Under the pieces are notes generated by a model. It had not been told where the DNA came from. It did no database searches and saw only the letters and a program-made list of their open reading frames with translations. DNA of 62,345 nucleotides from Acidimicrobiaceae bacterium (GTDB taxonomy: Bacteria; Actinomycetota; Acidimicrobiia; Acidimicrobiales; RAAP-2): the NCBI GenBank assembly GCA_027315445.1, contig DAHUYA010000184.1:1-62345 (forward strand). The letters are read 5' to 3'. Made by a program: the position numbers and the translations under genes. Below, piece by piece: positions 9,133 through 17,866 of this stretch (position 1 is its first letter; every line of letters starts with the position of its first letter).

Positions 9133-9990
9133 ATGGCCGTCCGGATCGTGACCGATAGCGCGTGCGACCTCTCCGACGAGCTCGTCGACCGTCACCAGAT
9201 CGCCGTCGTGCCCCTCACCATCCGGTTCGGCGACGAGGTGCTGGTCGACCGGCGGGAGATCAGCACCGAGGAGTTCTGGCGCCGGTGCCGAACCTCCACC
9301 AAGCTCCCCGAGACGGCCGCCCCGTCCCCGGGCGCCTTTGTCACCGCCTTCGCCGAGGCGGCCGACGCCGGTGCCGCCGGCATCGCCTGCCTCACCCTCT
9401 CGGCCGGCGTATCGGCCACCTACCAGGCGGCCCGCACCGCCGCCGAGTCCTTCGACCGGGTGCCGGTCGAGGTGATCGACACCCGGTCCCTCACCCTCGG
9501 CCAGGGGCTGCTCTGCCTGGCCGCTGCCGAGGCGGCGGAGGAGGGTGCCGACCTGACCGAGGTCACCCGGCGGGCGGCCGACCTGATCGGGCGCACCCGG
9601 GTGTACGGGGCGATCGCCACCCTCGACCACCTGCAGCGGGGCGGCCGCATCGGCGGGACCGCCGCCCTCTTCGGCTCCCTGCTCTCGATCAAGCCCTTCA
9701 TCCAGGTCAAGGACGGGCTGGTGGCCGAGGAGTCCAAGCAACGGACACGCGCCCGCTCGCTCGAGTACCTGGTCGGCAAGGCCAAGGCCGACGCCCCGCT
9801 CGAGCGCCTGGCGGTGGCCAACGGGGCGGCCGAGGACATCGACCAGGTGATCGCCCAGCTGCGCGAGGTGGAGGTCGCCCACGAGATCGTGATCGGTGAC
9901 CTCGGTCCGGTGGTCGGCGCCCACGCGGGGCCGGGCGCCATCGGGGTCTGCTACCAGCTCCCGGTCGGTGCCGCCGGCGGCGCCCGCTAA
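9133..9990 (+). CDS. DegV-family fatty-acid-binding protein
   Basis: In ORF 9055..9990. ATG at 9133 follows GGAGGGG. MAVRIVTDSACDLSDELVDRHQIAVVPLTIRFGDE... Confidence 0.85.
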   Translation: MAVRIVTDSACDLSDELVDRHQIAVVPLTIRFGDEVLVDRREISTEEFWRRCRTSTKLPETAAPSPGAFVTAFAEAADAGAAGIACLTLSAGVSATYQAARTAAESFDRVPVEVIDTRSLTLGQGLLCLAAAEAAEEGADLTEVTRRAADLIGRTRVYGAIATLDHLQRGGRIGGTAALFGSLLSIKPFIQVKDGLVAEESKQRTRARSLEYLVGKAKADAPLERLAVANGAAEDIDQVIAQLREVEVAHEIVIGDLGPVVGAHAGPGAIGVCYQLPVGAAGGAR

Positions 9991-9999
9991 CCTCTCCAC

Positions 10000-10374
10000 A
10001 TGGTCGAGCCAGGCGCCCCCTCCCCCGGCGCTCCACCGCCGGCGGGCGGTGCCGGCACCCCCTCCGCCTCGACCGCCGCCGCGTGGCCGGCCAAGGCGGT
10101 GGACACCGTCGACCTGGTGGTCGACACCATCCACGACAAGGCCATCCGGCCACTCATGCTGGTCGGGCGGGCGCTGGTGTTCGGGCTGCTGATCGCCGCC
10201 CTGGGGACGCTGCTGGCGGTCGTCCTCGCCATCGCCCTGGTCCGGCTGCTCGACGTCTACGCCTTCGGGCACCGGGTCTGGGCGTCCGACGCCTTGCTGG
10301 GCTTCGTCTTCACGGCGGCCGGCCTCGGGGCCTGGTCGATGCGGACCCGGCGCTCCGCCGCCGACTCCCACTGA
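10000..10374 (+). CDS. small integral membrane protein (2 predicted TM segments), unknown function
   Basis: ORF 10000..10374. Hydrophobic stretches LMLVGRALVFGLLIAALGTLLAVVLAIALV and ALLGFVFTAAGLGAW; good GC3. Confidence 0.55.
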   Translation: MVEPGAPSPGAPPPAGGAGTPSASTAAAWPAKAVDTVDLVVDTIHDKAIRPLMLVGRALVFGLLIAALGTLLAVVLAIALVRLLDVYAFGHRVWASDALLGFVFTAAGLGAWSMRTRRSAADSH

Positions 10375-10381
10375 GCCTCCC

Positions 10382-11341
10382 GTGGCCGACCGGAGGAAGG
10401 TCCTCATCGCCGGATCCGGCCCTGCCGGCCTGACCGCAGCCGTCTACGCCGCCCGTGCGCAGCTCGGGCCGGTGGTCGTCGAGGGCGAGCCGTCCTCCAC
10501 CTCGGACCAACCGGGGGGTCAGCTCATGCTGACCACCGAGGTGGAGAACTTCCCCGGCTTCCCCGACGGGGTGATGGGCCCGGAGCTCATGACCGCCATG
10601 CGGGCCCAGGCGGCGCGGTTCGGGGCGGAGATGGTCACCGCCAAGGTCACGCGGCTCGAGCTCTCCTCCTCGCCCTTCGGCGTCTGGACCGCTGACCCCG
10701 ATGCCCCGGAACCCGCCTACCTGGCCGATGCCCTCATCGTCGCCACCGGGGCCCAGGCCCTGATGCTGGGGGTGCCCGGTGAGGACCGGCTGCTCGGCTA
10801 CGGCGTGTCCACCTGCGCCACCTGCGACGGCTTCTTCTTCCGCGGTCTTCCGATCGCGGTGGTGGGCGGGGGCGACTCGGCCCTCGAGGAGGCGCTGTTC
10901 CTCACCCGGTTCGCCGAGCGGGTCACGGTGATCCACCGGCGCGACCAGCTGCGGGCGTCGCGGATCATGCAGCAGCGGGCCTTTGCCCATCCGAAGATCG
11001 AATTCCGTTGGAACACCCAGGTCACCGAGGTGCTCGGGGACGGCAAGCTCGACCGGCTCCGAGTCCGTGACACGCTCTCGGGCGGTGAGGAGGAGCTGAC
11101 CTTCAGCGGTCTGTTCGTGGCCATCGGTCACGAACCCAACACCGCCGCCCTGGGCGGTCAGCTCGAGCTCGACGACCAGGGCTACGTCCGGACGTTCGAA
11201 GGCTCCCGTACCAGCGTGGAGGGGGTTTTCGCCTGCGGCGACGTCCAGGACCACGTCTACCGCCAGGCGATCACCGCGGCCGGTTCGGGCTGCATGGCGG
11301 CCATCGACGCCGAGCGCTGGCTCGAGTCACGGGGCGAATGA
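10382..11341 (+). CDS. trxB: thioredoxin-disulfide reductase
   Basis: ORF 10382..11341: VLIAGSGPAGLTAAVYAAR, redox-active CATCDGFFF, GGGDSALEEA. Confidence 0.95.
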   Translation: MADRRKVLIAGSGPAGLTAAVYAARAQLGPVVVEGEPSSTSDQPGGQLMLTTEVENFPGFPDGVMGPELMTAMRAQAARFGAEMVTAKVTRLELSSSPFGVWTADPDAPEPAYLADALIVATGAQALMLGVPGEDRLLGYGVSTCATCDGFFFRGLPIAVVGGGDSALEEALFLTRFAERVTVIHRRDQLRASRIMQQRAFAHPKIEFRWNTQVTEVLGDGKLDRLRVRDTLSGGEEELTFSGLFVAIGHEPNTAALGGQLELDDQGYVRTFEGSRTSVEGVFACGDVQDHVYRQAITAAGSGCMAAIDAERWLESRGE

Positions 11342-11429
11342 CGCGACCGGGCCGGGAACACCTCGTCCGGCAACGGCGTTGTGGATGGGGACACGAGGGC
11401 AGGCAGGCCCCGACACGAGGAGGGACTAG

Positions 11430-11756
11430 ATGACCGGGAAGATCGTCACGCTCGACGACGCTACGTTTGACGAACGTGTCAAGAGCGCGGAGGTGCCGGT
11501 GCTCGTCGACTTCTGGGCCGAATGGTGCGGGCCGTGCAAGATGATCGCTCCGGTGCTGGAGGAGATCGCCACCGAGCAGGAGGGCAAGCTGGTGGTGGGC
11601 AAGCTCAACATCGACGACAACCTCGACGTGACCCGTCGCTTCGACGTGATGAGCATCCCGACGCTGATCCTCTTCAAGGACGGCGAGGCGAAGGCCCGCT
11701 TCGTCGGGGCCAAGCCCAAGGGCCAGCTCCTGCAGGAGCTCGCCGCGTACCTCTGA
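11430..11756 (+). CDS. trxA: thioredoxin
   Basis: ORF 11430..11756 with the WAEWCGPCK active site; GAGGAGGG lies upstream. Confidence 0.95.
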   Translation: MTGKIVTLDDATFDERVKSAEVPVLVDFWAEWCGPCKMIAPVLEEIATEQEGKLVVGKLNIDDNLDVTRRFDVMSIPTLILFKDGEAKARFVGAKPKGQLLQELAAYL

Positions 11757-12742
11757 CCGGCGCCGCCCTCCTGCCCCTGGACGAAGGGCAGGAGGGCGAA
11801 GCGGTCGCCGACGTCCAACGCCGGCTCGACGCGCTCGGGCTGCCGACCTCCGCCGACCCGGCCGGCCGTTTCGGCCCGGCCACCAGGGCCGCCGTCGAGG
11901 CCTTCCAGCGCCAGCGGGGGCTGCGGATCGACGGCGTCTGCGGGACGCAGACCTGGGACACCCTGGTCGAGGCCGGCTTCCGTCTGGGCAACCGCTTCCT
12001 CTACCGCCGGACCCCGATGCTGAGGGGTGACGACGTCGCCGACCTCCAGCAACGCCTGAGTGCCCTGGGCTTCGACACCGGTCGGGTGGACGGCATCTTC
12101 GGCGACGCAACCGCCAAGGCCCTGCGGGACTTCCAGCGCAACACCGGACTGGCGGTGGACGGCATCGCCGGGGGGTCCACCGTACAGGCCCTGCGGCGGC
12201 TGCAGGCCCGCCACGAGCATCCCGAGCTGGTGTCCGACGTCCGGGCCCGAGAGGAGCTGCGCCGCCGGCCCCCCACCCTGGCCGGCCGTCACGTGGCGGT
12301 CGGCGAGGTCGGCGGGCTCGACACCTCCGTCACCGCCCTGCGTCGGCGGCTGGTGCGTACCGGCGCCCAGGTCACACTGCTCCACCATCCCGACGACTCC
12401 ACCCAGGCCCAGCAGGCGAACGCCGCCGACGTCGACCTCTACCTCGGGCTTCGACTCGACCCGGAACGGGCCGGCTGCGCCACCGCCTACTACGGCGGCT
12501 ACCGCACCGAGTCCCCCGGCGGGCGTCGCTTGGCCGAGCTCGTCCAACAGGAGCTGCCGGCCGCCCTCGACGTGCCCGACCTCGGAGCCCACCCGATGTC
12601 CCTCCCGCTCCTACGCGAGACGCGCATGCCGGCCGTGCTCGTGGAAGTCGGTCCCGCCTCGGTGGCGGTGGAGGGTGCACCGGTCATGACCGACGCGCTG
12701 ACCAGGGCGTTGCTCGAGTGGGCCGGTTCCACCTGGGACTGA
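11753..12742 (+). CDS. cwlM: CwlM-like N-acetylmuramoyl-L-alanine amidase homolog with two PG-binding repeats; start codon unresolved
   Basis: Frame of ORF 11522..12742. Two PG_binding_1-like repeats (VADVQRRLDALGL...AVEAFQRQRGLRIDGVCG and VADLQQRLSALGFDTGRVDGIFG...LRDFQRNTGLAVDGIAG) are followed by an amidase_3-like domain (DLYLGLRLD...MPAVLVEVG). Between the trxA stop and the first repeat the only in-frame candidate start is CTG at 11753. Confidence 0.8.
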   Translation: MTGAALLPLDEGQEGEAVADVQRRLDALGLPTSADPAGRFGPATRAAVEAFQRQRGLRIDGVCGTQTWDTLVEAGFRLGNRFLYRRTPMLRGDDVADLQQRLSALGFDTGRVDGIFGDATAKALRDFQRNTGLAVDGIAGGSTVQALRRLQARHEHPELVSDVRAREELRRRPPTLAGRHVAVGEVGGLDTSVTALRRRLVRTGAQVTLLHHPDDSTQAQQANAADVDLYLGLRLDPERAGCATAYYGGYRTESPGGRRLAELVQQELPAALDVPDLGAHPMSLPLLRETRMPAVLVEVGPASVAVEGAPVMTDALTRALLEWAGSTWD

Positions 12743-12888
12743 ACTGGCCTCCGGGACAACCGGGCGCTCGGCCGGGGGAAGGCTCGGCCCCCCGCGGCCG
12801 GAACGGGTTGCCCCGATGGCAGGGTGCCGCCGAACACCTCAGGTGACGAATCCGCGTCAAAGGGCTCGACGAAGAGGCTTCTTCGACA

Positions 12889-12919
12889 ATCCACAACCTG
12901 TGCATCACGTTGTGGATAA
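12889..12919. promoter_or_regulatory. Convergent pair of DnaA-box-like 9-mers forming a 9-bp inverted repeat (ATCCACAAC - 11 nt - GTTGTGGAT); the right copy is a perfect TTATCCACA on the minus strand
   Basis: Read directly in the AT-richer convergent spacer between cwlM (stop 12742) and parB (stop 13008). tgtggataa at 12911-12919 is the reverse complement of TTATCCACA; aatccacaa at 12888-12896 matches 7/9. Confidence 0.5.
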
Positions 12920-13007
12920 ACCTCAAGATCGCCTAGATGGTTCACGCCCGCGTCAGGTGCTCGCACCGGGGCCGGAGCACGACCGCCCGTCGCCCCCCAG
13001 TCGGCCC

Positions 13008-13958
13008 TCAGTCCGGCACCGGCCCGTCCGGCGGGCCCGGGACCGGTGCGATACGACGCTCCCCCAACATGGCCCGGTAGATCCTCTCGAGATCCTCGAG
13101 GGTGGCGAACTCGACGGTCACCCGCCCCCGGCGGTTGTGCAACTCCACCTTCACCCGGGTGTCGAGATGGGCCGAGAGCAACTCCTCGAGCTCGAGAACC
13201 CCTGGTTCCGGCAGTCGCCGGGGCCCCTGACGGGAAGTATTACCATTGGTAGTACTTTCCACGGGTGGCGGGTCCGGCGGCTGCGGCACCTCCGCCCGAA
13301 CCAGCTCCTCCACCGCCCGAACACTCAACCCCTCGTCGACGATCCTCGAGACCAGCCCCTCTTGCAGCGTCCGATCGGGGGTGCCGAGGAGTGCACGGGC
13401 ATGACCGGCCGAGATGGTCCCGTCGGCCACGGCCCGCTGAGCGCCAGCCGGCAATTGCAGAAGCCGGAGTGTGTTGGTCACGGCCACCCGGCTCTTGCCC
13501 ACCCGGGTGGCCACCCTCTCGTGGGTCAGGCCGAACTCGTCGATCAGCTGCTGGTAGGCCGCCGCCTCCTCCAGCGCGTTGAGGTCCTCCCGATGGAGGT
13601 TCTCGACCAGTGCCTGCTCGAGGCTGTGGAGATCTGTCGTCCCCGATTTGACCAGCACCGGCACCGTCTGCAGCCCGGCCCGGCGGGCGGCCCGCCACCG
13701 GCGCTCCCCAGCGATCAGTTCGTAGCTGGCGTCGTCCCCGTCGACTTCGCGGACCAACACCGGCTGCAAAACCCCCACCTCCCGTATCGAGGCAGCCAGC
13801 GTAGACATCGACTCCTCGTCGAAGTGGGTCCTCGGTTGGTGGGGGTTCGCCCGCACACTGGTGATCGGGACTTCCCGGAACGCCGAACCGCGCTCCCCCA
13901 TCACCTCGGTCGGGATCAGCGCTCCCAAACCCTTACCCAACCCGCTTCGGCGCGCCAC
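13008..13958 (-). CDS. parB: chromosome partitioning protein ParB
   Basis: ORF 13008..13958: [16 protein letters not shown]...LQPVLVREV...[18 protein letters not shown]...HTH region...C-terminal dimerisation region. Confidence 0.95.
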   Translation of the reverse strand: MARRSGLGKGLGALIPTEVMGERGSAFREVPITSVRANPHQPRTHFDEESMSTLAASIREVGVLQPVLVREVDGDDASYELIAGERRWRAARRAGLQTVPVLVKSGTTDLHSLEQALVENLHREDLNALEEAAAYQQLIDEFGLTHERVATRVGKSRVAVTNTLRLLQLPAGAQRAVADGTISAGHARALLGTPDRTLQEGLVSRIVDEGLSVRAVEELVRAEVPQPPDPPPVESTTNGNTSRQGPRRLPEPGVLELEELLSAHLDTRVKVELHNRRGRVTVEFATLEDLERIYRAMLGERRIAPVPGPPDGPVPD

Positions 13959-15633
13959 TGCTCACCTCCTTCGCAAGCTCGCGATAGGCGACGGCGCCCC
14001 GCGAGGTGGGATCGAACACCGTGATCGGCTGGCCGAACGACGGGGCCTCCGACAGCCGGACCGTCCTCGGGATGACACTTCGGCAAACCCGTTCCTTGAA
14101 GTGATTCCTGACCTCCTCCGCCACGTCGACAGCCAGTCGCGTCCGCCGGTCGTACATCGTGAGCACGATGGTGCTCACCTCCAGATCCTCATTGAGGTTG
14201 GTCGCGACCAGGTGGACGTTCCGAAGGAGTTGGCTGAGACCCTCTAGTGCGTAGTACTCGCACTGGATCGGAACCAGCACCTCTCCGGCTGCGGCCAACC
14301 CGTTGACCGTGATCAACCCGAGCGAGGGTGGACAGTCGATGATCACATAATCGAAGTCATCGACCACCGGCTCGATCGCCTTGCGAAGCTTCAGCTCCCT
14401 GCTGAACGCCGGGACCAGCTCGATCTCGACCCCGGCCAGGTCGATGGTGGCAGGGGCCACGAAGAGGTTCCGGACGCTGGTCGGCTCGATGCAGTCCTCC
14501 ATCGGGAGGTCCCGCATGATGACGTCGTACATCGACACCTCGAAGTTCCTGGCATCGATCCCAAGGCCGGTGGTGGCGTTCCCCTGGGGATCGAGATCGA
14601 TCACCAGGACCCGGTACCCCATCTCGGCCAGAGCCGCACCGAGGTTGACCGTCGTGGTGGTCTTTCCGACCCCTCCCTTCTGGTTGGCCACTGCGATCAC
14701 TCGCGGGAGATCGCGGACCTTCGGTGACAAGCCGAGGTCGTCGGACCCGGCCAACCCGACGAGCTCGGTCCCGACCGACAGCCCGCTGTCCTGCCCGAGG
14801 GGACCCAGCCCCTCCTGCACCAGAGGAACCTCGTTTCCCGTCACCGCCCAGTCGCTCGGCGCGACGCCTTCTCCCCTCTCCTCGTTGGTCCCGCGAGAAG
14901 TCTCGATGTCGGCCAGCGCCGCGTCGACCAGGGTGTCGGCGGACAGCGGGGGAGTGGGGACCTCGGAGGGTGGTGGGGGATATGGGCCCAGCGGGGGCAC
15001 AACGTCCTCCACGCTGGAATGTCCCCCCGGGGCGAACGACCAGGAGGCGCTTGCCTGTGCCGAGGGGAGGGGATCGTCTCGCAGATCGCCAGCGGGGACC
15101 GGGTCGGCGTCCGGGGGAGAACCCGCCGGCTCCACTCCGGGAGAACCCTCCGGCTCGAAGAGGCCGGAGTCTTCGGTTCCCCAGTCGGCGGCTGTCCTTG
15201 GAGTGTCCGAGTCGCCTTCCCCGGACCAGGAGTCGGACCCCGCAAGTTCCCAACCCAGCGGTTCCCGCGGCTCCCCGAGATCGGCGCCGTCCGACCACTC
15301 GAGATCGTCGGTGACTGCATGGCGGGGATGGATCGCCACGATTCCCTCTGCGAGGGACTCCCACGCCTCCACCGTGTCCCCCGCTTCGAACGGCTCCTCC
15401 GCTTCGAACGGCTCCTCCGCTTCGAGCAGGCGAACATGATCGTCGAGAGGCGCGGGGGAGAGCGGCGTCGAGACGGGGGTGGGGGTGGGGGCGCGAACCT
15501 CCCCTATTCGGTCGGCTGAGGAAACTGCGTCGAAGGACGGTGCCGACCCCACCTCCTCGGTTGGGAAAGGTTCGGCTCGGCCACCACGGTTCCGTCCGCC
15601 GGGCTGACCCCGGTCCCTACGCCTCAGCCGCAC
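13933..15633 (-). CDS. parA: ParA/Soj partition ATPase with a ~310-aa acidic, Trp/Pro-rich N-terminal extension
   Basis: ORF 13933..15633. The ATPase core starts at aa 311 (nt 14703): RVIAVANQKGGVGKTTTTVNLGAALAEMGYRVLVIDLDPQGNATTGLG. Upstream codons keep moderate GC3, so the extension may be translated. Shorter starts are possible (GTG 14820, TTG 14754 or 14730). Confidence 0.88.
   Translation of the reverse strand: MRLRRRDRGQPGGRNRGGRAEPFPTEEVGSAPSFDAVSSADRIGEVRAPTPTPVSTPLSPAPLDDHVRLLEAEEPFEAEEPFEAGDTVEAWESLAEGIVAIHPRHAVTDDLEWSDGADLGEPREPLGWELAGSDSWSGEGDSDTPRTAADWGTEDSGLFEPEGSPGVEPAGSPPDADPVPAGDLRDDPLPSAQASASWSFAPGGHSSVEDVVPPLGPYPPPPSEVPTPPLSADTLVDAALADIETSRGTNEERGEGVAPSDWAVTGNEVPLVQEGLGPLGQDSGLSVGTELVGLAGSDDLGLSPKVRDLPRVIAVANQKGGVGKTTTTVNLGAALAEMGYRVLVIDLDPQGNATTGLGIDARNFEVSMYDVIMRDLPMEDCIEPTSVRNLFVAPATIDLAGVEIELVPAFSRELKLRKAIEPVVDDFDYVIIDCPPSLGLITVNGLAAAGEVLVPIQCEYYALEGLSQLLRNVHLVATNLNEDLEVSTIVLTMYDRRTRLAVDVAEEVRNHFKERVCRSVIPRTVRLSEAPSFGQPITVFDPTSRGAVAYRELAKEVSSGAPKRVG
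15383..15426. repeat. 18-bp tandem repeat (2.4 copies) inside the parA 5' extension, encoding EEPFEA EEPFEA
   Basis: gcttcgaacggctcctcc at 15383-15400 and 15401-15418, then partial gcttcgag. Confidence 0.85.
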
Positions 15634-15711
15634 CGACGCGTCCGGTCGGCAGGCTTTCGCACCGCCCCATCCTCGCCGCGAGGCGGCATGGAGGTCAAGC
15701 TTTGTGGCCCA

Positions 15712-15727
15712 TGTTTCACGTGAAACA
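15712..15727. promoter_or_regulatory. parS centromere-like site (TGTTTCACGTGAAACA, perfect palindrome)
   Basis: Read directly. Matches the canonical parS consensus tGTTNCACGTGAAACa. Located in the 430-bp spacer between parA and rsmG. Confidence 0.9.
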
Positions 15728-16016
15728 TGACCCTTTCCAACCCTGAAGTACCCGTAAGAAGGCGACAGAACGAGGCTGGAGGTTCGATCGGACCCCCCGC
15801 CACTGGCCGATCGACACAGCCCCGGTGGTGACCACCTGCGTCACCTCCCACGCCTCCCAGGGCGTTATGGCCCCGGGCCGTCGATCGTGCCACCGGGCGT
15901 CCACGCCGCCAGCGCCCGTACCGGCGTCACCGACGACGAAGCCAGCGTGCGTCAGAGAGAGCCATGCGAACGGGGCAGCGGGTCCTCCGACCAGACCCTG
16001 ACACACCTCACACGGG

Positions 16017-16032
16017 TGTTCCACGTGGAACC
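16017..16032. promoter_or_regulatory. second, degenerate parS-like site (TGTTCCACGTGGAACC; 14-bp perfect palindrome GTTCCACGTGGAAC)
   Basis: Read directly; two mismatches to the parS consensus; same spacer as the first site. Confidence 0.65.
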
Positions 16033-16065
16033 CGAAACCATGAACCCCGACCGCGACAGGGAAGG

Positions 16066-16776
16066 TCAGAAGAGTGGCCGCTTCGCAGCTATCCCGACCC
16101 GCCGTGGGAAGCCCGTCTGGCAGAGCTTCTCTTGGGGGATCCGGACGAATCGGACGCCCTGGAGCACGAGCTCGGCCGGCGACATCCCGAGCCTCGCAAG
16201 CCCAGCTGCCGGCCAACGATCCTCGGGATCGGCCTCGTGGTCCGGTGGCTCCGAGACAAGCAGAAACCCACCCACCTGGAGGAACGGTGCGGCACATTCC
16301 GCGGTCACCGCCGGGGGAGCGAACGACCGGGCCAGAACCCGGTCGAACATGCTGCGAAACGTCGAGTCGCGGCCGGCCTCCTCTGCTCGACGACGGACCA
16401 CCGTCACATGGTTCCCCAATCCGAGTCGGGCGACCGCAGTGACCACGAACTCGATCCGGCGCTGATTGGCGTCGAGCAGCACCAAGGACGCCCGGGGGAG
16501 CGCCATTGCCACCACCAGCCCAGGGATCCCGCCACCGGTCCCCAGATCGAGGACCCGCCCGGTCCAGTCCGAACCGGAGGAACCCTGGGAGGCTCCGTTC
16601 ACCTGTGCGGTGACAGCCGCGAATCCCAAGGCCTGCTCGATGTGAGATTCCACCGGGCCAGGTCCGAGGAACCCGTGCCGACGGGCCTCGAGCAGGACCT
16701 TCTTGATCGAGGATTCGTCCCCAACCGACAGTCTCGGCGGCGGCGTACCTTCGGGCTCCCCCGTCCACCCGGTCAA
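16066..16776 (-). CDS. rsmG: 16S rRNA (guanine527-N7)-methyltransferase RsmG (GidB)
   Basis: C-terminal part of ORF 16066..16920: FLGPGPVESHIEQALGF...VLDLGTGGGIPGLVVAMAL...LLDANQRRIEFV...RAEE. Start set at TTG 16776 (in frame, 237 codons) to avoid overlapping jag; the start is uncertain. Confidence 0.85.
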   Translation of the reverse strand: MTGWTGEPEGTPPPRLSVGDESSIKKVLLEARRHGFLGPGPVESHIEQALGFAAVTAQVNGASQGSSGSDWTGRVLDLGTGGGIPGLVVAMALPRASLVLLDANQRRIEFVVTAVARLGLGNHVTVVRRRAEEAGRDSTFRSMFDRVLARSFAPPAVTAECAAPFLQVGGFLLVSEPPDHEADPEDRWPAAGLARLGMSPAELVLQGVRFVRIPQEKLCQTGFPRRVGIAAKRPLF

Positions 16777-16855
16777 CGGGTCTCGATTCCGGGGTGGACG
16801 GTCCGGAGGCCGATTTCCCGCGGAACAGGAACGCCGACCGGAGCGGGGACCGGCC

Positions 16856-17863
16856 TCAGTTGGCCGGTGCGATGACGATGTACCTGGTGGGGTCCTCGCC
16901 CTCGGAGCGGGTGACCACACCCTCGAACTCGTTGATGCTGTCGTGGACCACCTTCCGGTCGGCCGGCGACATCGGCTCGAGCGCCCGCTCGGCCCCGGAC
17001 TCGATCACCTCCTGGGCGACCTGTTCGCTGAACCGCCGGAGGGCGGCAGCACGCCGCTCCCGGTAGCCGGCCACGTCGACCAGGATCCGGTCGGTGCGGG
17101 TGGGGAACCGCCGTTGCACGGCCGTTCGGGTGACGTCCTGCAGAGCAGCCAGTGTGCTCCCCCGGGGTCCGATCAGGAGGCCCAGCTCGTCACCGGATGC
17201 GGCGACCTCCACCGTCTCCTCGTCGATCACCCGGGTGTCGACCGACGCGGTCAACCCGAGCTCGTCCAGCAGTCCCTGCAGGAACTCCCGAGCCACCTCT
17301 GCCTGCTCCTGCAGGGTCATGCCCTCGGCCATGCCGACCTCCTTCGCAACAGCGGCCGACTCCTGTCGTCGGCCGCCTTCGGACCCGTTCCGTCTCGCCG
17401 ACCTGCCGGTCGTCGGCCTCTCCTCCACCGGGCCGCCTTCCCCGAGACCCGAGCCCTCCGCAGCACCCGAACGTGGACCCCCCACGCCGCCCGTCCTGGC
17501 AGCCCGGTTCCGGCGGCGGCGAGCGGACCGGCTGGTGCCAGCTCCGGTGGCAGGTTCGGCGCCCTCTGTGGTCGCCCGGCCCTCGCCTGCCCTCGTCTTC
17601 GTACCGCCCGACGCACGCTGGCCGGGTTGCCGCTCCTGGCCACCCCTTCCACGCTCCCCAGGGCGATGCGACCTCTTGGGGCGGGGCCGGACGGGGCGCA
17701 CCCTGGCCCGCACCCGCGCCTCGCCCCGGACCCTTCCGAACAACCCCGTCCGTGGCTCGGCCATCACCACGAGCTCTGCGTCGGCCTCCGCGACCCCCAG
17801 CTGCTCGAGGGCCGCCTCCTTCGCCTCGTCGACCGTCCTACCCGTGACTTCTACCCACTCCAC
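16856..17863 (-). CDS. jag: Jag/KhpB-type RNA-binding protein (Jag_N, KH, R3H)
   Basis: ORF 16856..17863: MEWVEVTGRTVDEAKEAALEQLGV..., an Arg/Gly-rich linker, then a KH/R3H-like C-terminus ...LEPMSPADRKVVHDSINE...TRSEGEDPTRYIVI. Sits in the conserved position downstream of yidC. Confidence 0.85.
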   Translation of the reverse strand: MEWVEVTGRTVDEAKEAALEQLGVAEADAELVVMAEPRTGLFGRVRGEARVRARVRPVRPRPKRSHRPGERGRGGQERQPGQRASGGTKTRAGEGRATTEGAEPATGAGTSRSARRRRNRAARTGGVGGPRSGAAEGSGLGEGGPVEERPTTGRSARRNGSEGGRRQESAAVAKEVGMAEGMTLQEQAEVAREFLQGLLDELGLTASVDTRVIDEETVEVAASGDELGLLIGPRGSTLAALQDVTRTAVQRRFPTRTDRILVDVAGYRERRAAALRRFSEQVAQEVIESGAERALEPMSPADRKVVHDSINEFEGVVTRSEGEDPTRYIVIAPAN

Positions 17864-17866
17864 GCC

